Below are positions 1-9,230 of a stretch of DNA of 24,784 nt, piece by piece. Position numbers and translations under genes: made by a program. This DNA comes from Veleropilina oligotropha (Eukaryota). The stretch covers positions 496,001-520,784 of the forward strand of contig JBEUKZ010000065.1 of the NCBI GenBank assembly GCA_048128005.1, read 5' to 3'. The notes beneath the pieces were generated by a model. It saw only the letters and a program-made list of their open reading frames with translations, ran no database searches and was not told where the DNA came from. Positions within the stretch are counted from its first letter, which is position 1; the number at the start of each line of letters is the position of its first letter.

Positions 1-226
1 CGAGGAATGTAAATCCTTGAAAAAATTACGAGAACTTCAAGCGTTATCGATTCGGACTTCGTAGACTATCGGACTTGTTAAAAATCGGTGACATGTTTTG
101 TAAATACTAATTTGCATATTAAAAATATCAAGTTTATTTACAAAATAGGTGTTGTGTTTTATCAAAGTATCATAATGCATCATTTTAATACAGAAATGCA
201 AGTTCAACAGATTCGGTTCCGCTGGC

Positions 227-279
227 AAAAGGTGGAGGGGGCGCGGAGCCGGGTCGGCCCACCTCTAAATCCGCGACTG
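227..279. mobile_element. Probable terminus of a hAT-like non-autonomous DNA element (other end not in window)
   Basis: GC-rich block ending ...ctctaaatccgcgactg (reverse complement CAGTCGCGGATTTAGAGG), resembling CAG(T/G)GGCGGAT-type termini. It abuts the CR1 fragment. Confidence 0.4.
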
Positions 280-280
280 C

Positions 281-608
281 TATAGCCGAATCACATCAAC
301 CCTTATCCTTCTTAAAGACAATTATTGTCTATATCATCCTATGGTAGTTCTCTTAATATAAACCTATCCATTTGTGGCTCTTCGTTGAGCTTTTTCTTGA
401 ATTTGGATATTCTATCATGACGTGGGCTTAATATCATGCTTGCACTGCATATTTTAAATGCTGTCTAACCATTAATTTTTGCTTGTCTAGGCGTGTCATG
501 GTGATTTTGGATTTAAAATTTCTCTTTATCATTCCCAATACATGTAATTGATTTCCCTACTTGACGGATTCTGACCATGGATTTGATGGTTTAAACGTCT
601 TGTCTATT
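281..608 (-). mobile_element. Degenerate CR1-type LINE ORF2 fragment, same family as 23071-23840
   Basis: Reverse complement aligns by eye with ~23195-23520: shared blocks tagacaagacgtttaaaccatcaaatc, tattgggaatgataaagagaaa and aatatgcagtgcaagcatg, with many indels. Confidence 0.85.
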
Positions 609-984
609 CCTTATATAACATGACAATCCCGATATTGCAAACCCTCGCCGCTTTCTCCGACCAGTTAGGTACAACTGTGCTTGGTAACTGTGACATCAGA
701 ATCGCCACTCAACACCCGACGGTCACCCAAACGACTCTCTTTAAATGTCAGGAGGGACATAGGGTATCATTATGTATAAACTATTACTAAATTCTGATTC
801 TCATGACAATTTTAACACAGATATGCACGCAGACAGGCAGACATTACGTGGGCGAAGGTAACAAACCCTCGAAACCACAAATGCTAATGGTTTGACCTAA
901 TGCCATATAATTCTCGTATCGATGTCCTATGATAGCAAGAACATTTTGAGCTTAATTTGAACTTTGTGTGGCGAAGCGTTCTAA

Positions 985-1235
985 CTCTACAGCCAAAAAT
1001 CCCAAAACCAGAAATGCGTCATAGCATCCGTATCCGCGTACCTATCCGGATCACCTTCGAAGAGAACATCGCCAAGGATGGAACCTAACTTGTGTTGAAA
1101 TTCGGAGGAAATCGGATGAAATAGTTTTTGAGATATGATTGATATATGCTGGCATTCGGACAGACAGACAGACACACACACGAAGCCCTTTGCAATACCC
1201 TCGCCTCAAGTTCTCCTTCGGATGCGAGGGTAATT
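985..1235 (+). mobile_element. 3' end of a Helentron/HINE (DINE-1/pearl-like) non-autonomous element
   Basis: (GACA)n/(CA)n microsatellite at ~1159-1181, followed by a terminal hairpin taccctcgc (1196-1204) / gcgagggta (1224-1232). This is the usual HINE 3' arrangement. Confidence 0.6.
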
Positions 1236-1884
1236 ATAGATAGGGGACTGTTGCTATAACCCACATGCATTACCATAAATTTACCAGTGTGGAAAATAAT
1301 TGGCCAATCCTCAGACTACTGGGACCCTACCAGATTATTTAAACTTTTTGCATCGTCTTCAGTTTCGATAGTTCTGTACAATTTCATATCGTAAGCGAAC
1401 TTTTTTACTAGAGATGTCATGACGTCATCAATGTCATTTAAATATAAATTTGCTTCTTTGATCTTGTAACATTCTGCGCCTTTTTTCTTTGAGAAATGCG
1501 ATCCTTACACCAATATCTTAATACTGGCATCGTTCTTGGAATCCGGGTTGCGATATCATATCATGCATGCGGAGTGAGCAGCGTGCACAGCGCCAGGTGC
1601 TGAGGAATTATATACCACGTAAACCAATGCAACATGGCGCCGCGGTCGTCCGCCGTAAAGCGATACCATTGCCGTTCCATCCAATCTGTGTGTAATTACC
1701 TGTGATGTACTCCACGCAGGTATTCACCTGCTGCGCAGATGCCCAGACCACCACGTGCGATGCTGTCGTGGTATCAGAAAGCAGAAAGAACAAATATCAT
1801 GGACTTCGATGGTAGTGTGGCATCGAACAGGACAATATGGGTAGCTTGCCACCATGAGGCTCCAATCAAATAAATGGTCAAATG

Positions 1885-2240
1885 ATCCGTGTGTATATAC
1901 TTGGCATACGCATTCCCAAGGTAATTTGTAGGTCGTGTATATAACTTTCATTACAAAATTTCTTAAAATATCGTTTTTATAGGCATTTTTATGCATAATT
2001 GCCATGGTAACTTGGCTAAGCCAAGTTATGACGTCTATGACGTCATTTTAGTGTGACTAAATTATGACGTCATAATTATTGAAGACATATAATTAAATTG
2101 TCATCTGTCAAAAAATCATGAGTTGGAAGTAAATACATCGTATGCATATGTTATATTGTATAAGAACCTTTAACGTACACTAATATACAACAGACGGTCC
2201 AAGCAGACAAAGGTCAAGACATAATCCGAACGCGTCGTTG
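1885..2240 (-). mobile_element. Interspersed repeat (Helitron/HINE-like), homologous to 24450-24784
   Basis: Reverse complement shares gaaagttatatacacgacctacaaat...cttgggaatg and aacgacgcgttcgga(a/t)tatgtcttgaccttt with the right end of the window. Confidence 0.7.
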
Positions 2241-2969
2241 TCAAAAAGGTCAAGACATAAAAATGGTGAAATGTCTTAGTGAAGGCTCACGTTATCATGT
2301 GTATCCTACCTACACGAGGGAAGCTTCAAGGACAGAGGTGTTTTATGTACATGATGTAGATGCGTTGGCGATCGTTTATAAGGTGATCGGATTTTCAAGA
2401 TCTAATATGATATTGTTATCAGCCGATGTTAAGTTTTATTTGAAACTATCAAACGAACGTTTGGCAACTAAAAGAAAGAATGGTTCATTCCATGTTGTAG
2501 GTTGGCACCACCTCCATAAGTGACGCTATTCGTTCTGAATCCAAATACGTTGTCGATCACCTGTGCCCACCTTGTGCAAATGTGTATTGATTATTTGTAA
2601 CATGAACAGTTGTCCATTGCTGAGTCCGGTCAGAAGGCGGAAGTACATACTCTCATTACTAAAGAGTGCTACAATAATACTAGTCCAACATCGAACACCA
2701 TAATATTACATTACGGTGCAGTAATGAGTCATTGAATGCACAGGGGCCCGTAACGTTGCTTATCGTTCGTCTGTTTCCGTTTGACGATTGGCGCAGTTCA
2801 TTGTTACTATATAATATAGACAAGGGAGGACACTAAGACGGGACACATCATGGATTTTCCCGACATTTCACTGAATTATTTCATTTGTCAAAAGATGTTC
2901 TGAATCCAAATACGTTGTCGATCACCTATTTGTAACATTAGCAGTTGTTCAATAGCTGAGTCCGATCAG

Positions 2970-3499
2970 TAGACGATTTCACTCCGAGTTCCCCCGAACA
3001 CCCACGGTTGTTCGCCGATATGCCGAACGTATCGACCAATCAGCGGCTGGCAGTCAAACAACATGGCGGCTCCCAGGTAGTTATGCCGTCAAATACAGGG
3101 CGGACAAATTCGATTTTTTAGACTGCCTTGGATAAATGAAGTTTTATTAAGGGAATGGCTTGTACGAGCGGGGTTTTCACGAAATGAACTGACGCGGACA
3201 AATTTCGGCAAATTCAGAAATTTGAGAATATGCTCATTGCATTTTGACTGTCATTCCAGTCCGACGGCGGGTTCCATGCCTTCACTGAACATAGCTGGTT
3301 ATTATTTTGATAAATATTTATTGTTCGCCTTTTTGTATTTCAAGTTAATCGAAGTTGGTTCCATTGTTTATGTCATAAGCTTCTTTAAGGTCTAAAAATT
3401 CATTTGACTACCAGGCTCAGCAGTCACATGACTTGGCGCCATGTGACTAAAATCCCGAGCGGTTTCCGAAAATTGCCGAATGTCTGGTGAAATCGTCTA
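2970..3499 (+). mobile_element. 530-bp non-autonomous TIR DNA transposon carrying a THAP-domain relic
   Basis: Perfect 13-bp inverted termini TAGACGATTTCAC (2970-2982) / GTGAAATCGTCTA (3487-3499). Internal CCAATCAG and AACATGGCGGC motifs, and a THAP-like reading frame. Confidence 0.8.
3063..3395 (+). pseudogene. Disabled THAP zinc-finger (C2CH) reading frame
   Basis: Manual translation: MAAPR*LCRQIQGGQIRFFRLPWINEVLLREWLVRAGFSRNELTRTNFGKFRNLRICSLHFDCHSSPTAGSMPSL. It shows the THAP hallmarks F-F-x-L/F-P, W, CSxHF and an AVPT-like 'SMPS'. In-frame TAG at 3078-3080, and the N-terminal CxxxxC is incomplete. Confidence 0.75.
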
Positions 3500-3584
3500 T
3501 ATGGTCACGAAGAGTGCTACAATGAACAACTAAGCATCGATCATATCACATCAGATACTCTTCCTGACAAGGGCCGCTCTGTGT

Positions 3585-3911
3585 CACTGGGCGGACTTGT
3601 TTGGGTACGCCGGTCGGCATATGCAGTATAACCCAGTAACGTGATCGGTATACCGATCGGGAATGTCAATCGTGGAAGCGTTGGAAGGTCGGGATACTCG
3701 GATTATGCCGAATCGATGCACGCGCATACAATTTACACATCTGTACAATTTTCCACCATCTTGTCCCGAATGCGCCGTACTATTTCATTCGGGATACTCG
3801 GTATATGCCGAATCGCTGAGCGCGCATATAGCCCGGTCGAAGTGAGTACAACCGGGAGAAAGCAGGTAGACCTAGGTGCAACTAGGCGCATCCAAACAAG
3901 TCCGCCCAGTG
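3585..3911. mobile_element. 327-bp MITE with CACTG termini (CACTA/EnSpm-like)
   Basis: 27-bp TIR cactgggcggacttgtttgggtacgcc (3585-3611) vs ggcgcatccaaacaagtccgcccagtg (3885-3911), with 2 mismatches. Internal ~40-bp direct repeats 100 bp apart (3690, 3790). No clean TSD. Confidence 0.75.
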
Positions 3912-4109
3912 CTGTCAAGTACCAGGAGCGCAAATTGGAAGTCCGGAAACGACAACAAACAGCGGCTTTGTATAAGTTGATGGTGAGCCTAGACGACATC
4001 CCATTGCGTTCGTACTTCACATTGGTCGCATGCTTCTCGCCTCCTGTAGCTGGTTTGCTCGAACTAGATTAACCCACCGAGAATCGGAGACTGAAACAGC
4101 ATGAATAGA

Positions 4110-7040
4110 AGACGATCACCTGGAGTCGCTGTATATCGTCGAAGAGGTCATCATCCGAGACCAGTATAATGTCTATCGCCGTGAAGTGGTCCTGGAGCCC
4201 CTGCGGACCGCACCATCCATCGACGAAATGATAATCATCCGAGACCAGCATGATGTCTAACGCCGTGAGGTAGTCCTCACGGTCTTGCAGGCCGCAAAAT
4301 TCTCCGATGAAAAAAATCATCATTCGAGACCAGTCTGATGTCTATCGCCGTGGGGTAGTTATCGAGCTCAGGCAGGCCGCATCATCATCCGAGACCAGCA
4401 TGATGACTATCGCCGTGAGGTGGTCATCGGGCCTCTGCAGGCCGCACCATCATCCGAGACCAGCACGATGTCTATCGCCGTGGGCGGTCATCGGGCCCCT
4501 GAAGGCCGCACCATCATCCGAGACCAGCACGATGTCTATCGCCGTGGGTGGTCATCGGGCCCCTGCAGGCCGCACCATCACCCGAGACCAGCATGATGAC
4601 TATCGCCGTGAGGTGGTCCTCGGGCCCCTGCAAGCCGCACCATCACCCGAGACCAGCCTGATGTCGATCACCGTCGGGCGGTTCTCGGGCCTCTGCAGGC
4701 CGCACCACCATCCGAGACCAGCCTGTCTATCGCCATGAGGTGGTCCTCGGGCCCCTGCAGGCCGCACCATCATCCGAGACCAGCACGATGTCTATCGCCG
4801 TGGGTGGTCATCGGGCCCCTGCAGGCCGCACCATCACCCGAGACCAGCATGATGACTATCGCCGTGAGGTGGTCCTCGGGCCCCTGCAGGCCGCACCATC
4901 ACCCGAGACCAGCATGATGACTATCGCCGTGAGGTGGTCCTCGGGCCCCTGCAGGCCGCACCATCATGCATCCGAGACCAGCATGATGTCTATCGCCGTG
5001 AGGTGGTCCTCGGGCCCCTACAGGCCGCACCATCATCCGAGACTAGCATGATGACTATCGCCGTGACGTGGTCCTCGGGCCCCTGCAGGCCGCACCATCA
5101 CCCGAGACCAGCATGATGACTATCGCCGTGAGGTGGTCCTCGGGCCCCTGCAGGCCGCACCATCATCCGAGACCAGCATGATGTCTATCGCCGTGAGGTG
5201 GTCCTCGGGCCCCTACAGGCCGCACCATCATCCGAGACCGGCCTGATGTCTATCGCCGTGAGGTGGTTGTCGGCCGCTCCATCATCCGAGACCAGCATGA
5301 CTATCGCCGTGAGGTGGTTCTCGGGCCCCTGCAGGCCGCACCATCATCCGAGACCAGCACGATGTCTATCGCCGTGAGGTGGTCCTCGGGCCCCTGCAGG
5401 CCGCATCATCATCCGAGACCAGCCTGATGTCTATCGCCGTGAGGTGGTTGTCGGCCGCACCATCACCCGAGACCAGCATGACTATCGCCGTGAGGTGGTT
5501 CTCGGGCCCCTGCAGGCCGCACCATCATCCGAGACCAGCATGATGACTATCGCCGTGGGGTGGTTCTCGAGCTCAGGCAGGCCGCACCATCATCCGAGAC
5601 CGCATGATGACTATCGCCGTGGGGTGGTCCTCGGGCCCCTGCAGGCCGCACCATCATCCGAGACCAGCACGATGTCTATCGCCGTGGGGTGGTCATCGGG
5701 CCCCTGCAGGCCGCACCATCACCCGAGACCAAGCATGATGACTATCGCCGTGAGGTGGTTCTCGGTCCCCTGCAGGCCGCACCATCATCAGAGACCAGCA
5801 CGATGTCTATCGCCGTGAGGTGGTCCTCGGGCCCCTGCAGGCCGCATCATCATCCGAGACCAGCCTGATGTCTATCGCCGTGAGGTGGTTGTCGGCCGCA
5901 CCATCATCCGAGACCAGCATGACTATCGCCGTGAGGTGGTCCTCGGGCCCCTGCAGGCCGCACCATCACCCGAGACCAGCATGATGTCGATCGCCGTGGG
6001 TGGTCCTCGTGCCCCTGCAGGCCGCACCATCACCCGAGACCAGCACGATGGCGATCGCCGTGGGTGGTCATCGGGCCCCTGCAGGCCGCACCATCATCCG
6101 AGACCAGCACGATGTCTATCGTCGTGAGGTGGTCCTCGGGCCCCTGCAGGCCGCACCATCATCCGAGACCAGCACGATGTCTATCGCCGTGAGGTGGTCA
6201 TCGGGCCCCTGCAGGCCGCACCATCATCTGAGACCAGCCTGATGTCTATCGCCGTGAGGTGGTCATCGGGCCCCTGCAGGCCGCACCATCATCCGAGACC
6301 AGCCTGATGTCTATCGCCGTGAGGTGGTCATCGGGCCCCTGCAGGCCGCACCACCATCCGAGACCAGCATGATGTCTATCGCCGTGAGGTGGTCATCGGG
6401 CCCCTGCAGGCCACACCATCAACCGAGACCAGCACGATGTCTATCGTCGTGAGGTGGTCCTCGGGCCCCTGCAGGCCGCACCATCACCCGAGACCAGCAT
6501 GACTATCGCCGTGGGTGGTCATCGGGCCCCTGCAGGCCGCACCATCATCCGCGACCAGCATGATGACTATCGCCGTGAGGTGGTCCTCGGGCCCCTGCAA
6601 GCCGCACCATCATCCGAGACCAGCATGATGACTATCGCCGTGAGGTGGTCCTCGGGCCCCTGCAAGCCGCACCATCATCCGAGACCAGCATGATGACTAT
6701 CGCCGTGGGTGGTCATCGGGCCCCTGCAGGCCGCACCATCACCCAAGACCAGCATGATGACTATCGCCGTGAGGTGGTCCTCGGGCCCCTGCAAGCCGCA
6801 CCATCATCCGAGACCAGCACGATGTCTATCGCCGTGGGTGGTCATCGGGCCCCTGCAGGCCGCACCATCACCCGAGACCAGCATGATGACTATCGCCGTG
6901 AGGTGGTCATCGGGCCCCTGCAGGCCGCACCATCATCCGAGACCAGCGTGATGACTATCGCCGTGAGGTGGTTCTCTGGCCCCTGCAGGCCGCACCATCC
7001 ATCGACGAAGAGATCATCACCCGAGACCAGCATGATGGTG
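4110..7040 (+). repeat. GC-rich tandem minisatellite, ~45 copies of a 65-bp unit, with 54/62/64-bp variants and 84-85-bp units at the edges
   Basis: Consensus CATCATCCGAGACCAGCATGATGACTATCGCCGTGAGGTGGTCCTCGGGCCCCTGCAGGCCGCAC repeated head-to-tail with no unique spacers. Confidence 0.97.
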
Positions 7041-7044
7041 ATTG

Positions 7045-7280
7045 CGCTTTCGACAGTTGTGTTGTTTCGTTTTCTGAATCGAAAATCACTGACTTCATTC
7101 CGCTGGCAGGAACAGTAGTTGGTTCGAATCTTGTTTGGCATTGCTTGTTCAGTTATGAATCACAGTTGTCCGTAACTGGCAGGAGAGGGTGCGTTTCCCC
7201 TGGCGTTCTGGCTTATTACTATTGGCGTCGCTGTGTAAGGCTTTAGTTGCTGTGCAATAGAATATTCAGGCCTAAATGTC
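7045..7280 (+). mobile_element. tRNA-headed SINE, family A (diverged copy)
   Basis: Aligns with the reverse complement of 21617-21875 (ttcgacag..., gactt(c/g)attccgctg, ttatgaatcacagttgtccgtaactgg). B-box-like ggttcgaatc near 7121. Confidence 0.75.
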
Positions 7281-7371
7281 AGGAAATTGGAATGATTCTA
7301 TTTCATGTAGTGGATAATATTATTAATATTCAACGGTTGATTAATTTTGAATAACTTACATTGCGACAAAC

Positions 7372-7377
7372 TTTATT
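7372..7377 (-). terminator. Candidate polyadenylation signal of the SCP-like gene
   Basis: First AATAAA I found on the minus strand downstream of the stop (TTTATT on +), about 430 nt after it, in AT-rich sequence. Confidence 0.45.
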
Positions 7378-7803
7378 AAATATATCAAATATTCCATTGC
7401 GATATCCTCATATTGTTACATATATTATGTTCCCCTGAAAAGTACAAAAAATCTCTATTGATTTGTCAATAAATAATTTTTCATTTTTACAATATATGAA
7501 GAACTTCTACCGAATTTCTCTTGAAAATGGGAAGAACGAGATATGTCCATAAGTGGGCGATGTTGGTAAAGGTCAAATTACAAGGTCAAATTACAAGGTC
7601 ACATAAAATGATACTTTTACCGAGTAACATTATACTAATATGAAAGAAAGAAAGTTTCTTACTTATAATAAGATGTTTACTGTAGGATAATATTACAATA
7701 TATACATTATATAACGTTGTGAACATTAAATTCCCATCATCTTTTCATAGTTATATTTTGTTAGATACTGCGACACAATACAGAGTTTTAGCGCTGGTAA
7801 TTT

Positions 7804-8367
7804 TCAATGCACATTTTTGGCGCGATCTTCCGACTTAAATAGATCAATGATGGGGTTGAACTTTGCGGGGTCATCGCCGGTCACAAAATCCACCCAGGAA
7901 TCGATGGCGCCATCTGCGTTGGGTTTGTAGGAATCGAATATTTTTTTCGTAACATCGTCATCATCATGCTTAAAAGACTTCGACATGCCTTGGAGCTCCA
8001 GGTAATCCATGTATCCATCCGCGTTGATATCGGCAGCGATGAAGACTAAAGTGAACGCTCTTCTGAAGAACGCCTGGAACTCCCCATAATTTGTCTGGTA
8101 ATGTTCGCGTAAGCGGCGCACGAACTGTTGCTCAGTTATCTCACCACCCGGCACGGTCTCGTGGTATTTGAGAATGTACACGCTCCAAAAGGTACCCAGT
8201 ATTGCCGTCATCTCGTTCTTTCGCTTAGGGTTGAAATCGTTGGCTTCGATGAAATACTGGGTGACCAGTTCCGCGTTTCTTCTGGATATTTTCCCAACGC
8301 CTTCGACGTCCAGATCGCGAAACCACATTGTCCATTTCCACTCCATGAATTGAAGTTTTGCGTCCAT
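7804..8367 (-). CDS. Sarcoplasmic calcium-binding protein (SCP)-like EF-hand protein, 187 aa, single coding exon
   Basis: ORF has the invertebrate SCP layout: N-terminal 'KWTMWFRDLDVEGVGKIS' (EF1 region), 'GGEITEQQFV' (EF2 remnant), canonical EF3 loop DINADGYMDYLE, and C-terminal 'DSWVDFVTGDD'. Start context is accATGG, preceded by a splice acceptor. Confidence 0.88.
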   Translation of the reverse strand: MDAKLQFMEWKWTMWFRDLDVEGVGKISRRNAELVTQYFIEANDFNPKRKNEMTAILGTFWSVYILKYHETVPGGEITEQQFVRRLREHYQTNYGEFQAFFRRAFTLVFIAADINADGYMDYLELQGMSKSFKHDDDDVTKKIFDSYKPNADGAIDSWVDFVTGDDPAKFNPIIDLFKSEDRAKNVH

Positions 8368-8380
8368 GGTGATTAGGGCA

Positions 8381-8398
8381 CTGCAAGAAGCGAAAATC
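8381..8398 (-). promoter_or_regulatory. 3' splice acceptor of a 5'-UTR intron of the SCP-like gene (exon starts at 8380)
   Basis: Minus strand reads gattttcgcttcttgcAG|tgccctaatcaccATGG: a pyrimidine tract plus CAG, 13 nt before the ATG. Confidence 0.7.
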
Positions 8399-8481
8399 AG
8401 TACTACATGCCGAAAGCATTCATTGTTGACTATTAAATAGGTAATTAAGCAATATGTGCGGTACTAGAAGACAAAGAAGAT

Positions 8482-8609
8482 GGATCGATATATTTCTGCT
8501 CAATGTCTTCTAGTTCAAGGCTGGACATGTGCATTTTATCGCACGAGGAGTGCTCGGGGAAACCAGTCCTTCTCGACGAGTTACGGACAACTGCGATTGA
8601 TAATTGAAG
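8482..8609 (-). mobile_element. 3' fragment of SINE family A in the intron upstream of the SCP-like CDS
   Basis: Matches 21627-21765, e.g. cga(g/c)agttacggacaactg(c/t)gatt(g/c)ataatt. Confidence 0.65.
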
Positions 8610-8659
8610 TCATTTTGCCGAAACATCATCATCAAATTTAGTGCAGAGTTAATTTTAAA

Positions 8660-9230
8660 TAAATCAAGGGCCTTAACTTTGTTTCTGCTAGTCCGATCTC
8701 ACTTGTTATCGAACTTGTTCTAGATCATATGATCGCAAACACCCTTTCCAAGTTTAGTAAAAAATGAATGAATTTGCATAAGTTATCGCGCAGTCGTGCA
8801 TAAATTAAAGGGTAAATAAAGGTTGATAACTCTGTAATGACCCGATCACACTGGTTATCGAACTTGGCTGAGGTATTATTGTCACAAATATCATAGCCAA
8901 GTTTGAATGAAATTGCCCGAGTTATTGAGCGACATGTCAATATTACATACAGTAGCTTATAAATCAATGGCAATAACTTTGGTATATATATAACGGTCCG
9001 ACGACGCTGGTAACCACAATTGGTGTAGATATCATTGTCTCAAACATCCCTATATTTTTTGTGAAAATGGCTGAAATTTGTATGAGTTATCAATCGGACA
9101 CTGTCCATTATATCAATTTCGCATAATTCAAGGGGCATAACTCTGGTTCTAACGGTCCGATGCCGTTGGTTATCGAACTTAATATAGATCTTTTCGATAC
9201 AAACATCTATATCAAGATTGGTGAAGAGTG
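8660..9230 (+). repeat. Four diverged ~150-165-bp tandem units (Helitron/HINE-type internal satellite)
   Basis: Recurring aagggcataactc...ccgat...gttatcgaactt...ccaagttt blocks starting near 8667, 8819, 8966 and 9129. This motif set is typical of satellite cores in mollusc Helitron-like elements. Confidence 0.7.

Larger units (their letters stand above)
2532..3523 (+). repeat. Old local direct duplication (copies start at 2532 and 2897); copy 2 is interrupted by the 2970-3499 element
   Basis: 31-bp identity gttctgaatccaaatacgttgtcgatcacct at 2532 and 2897, with similarity continuing to gctgagtccg. aagagtgctacaat occurs at 2662 and resumes at 3510 after the insertion. Confidence 0.8.

Noticed and set aside
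3641..4072. 143-aa ORF
   Set aside because: It starts inside a MITE and crosses its TIR, has a GTG start and no recognisable domain.
4110..7040. CRISPR array or protein-coding repeat gene (many overlapping ORFs)
   Set aside because: Units are contiguous with no unique spacers and there are no cas genes. The 65-bp period is not a multiple of 3, so the ORFs cycle through frames and hit stops.
4380..7040. Tandem hammerhead ribozymes or box C/D (K-turn) RNAs, suggested by ATGATGA/CTGATG and GTGA within a stem
   Set aside because: No GAAA core or stem II for a hammerhead. Box D would be GUGA rather than CUGA, and the bulge register is non-canonical. An Infernal/Rfam scan would settle it.
8128..8419. 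ORFs overlapping the SCP-like CDS (8128-8376 +, 8168-8353 +, 8225-8419 -)
   Set aside because: Shadow frames of the real gene with no recognisable motifs.
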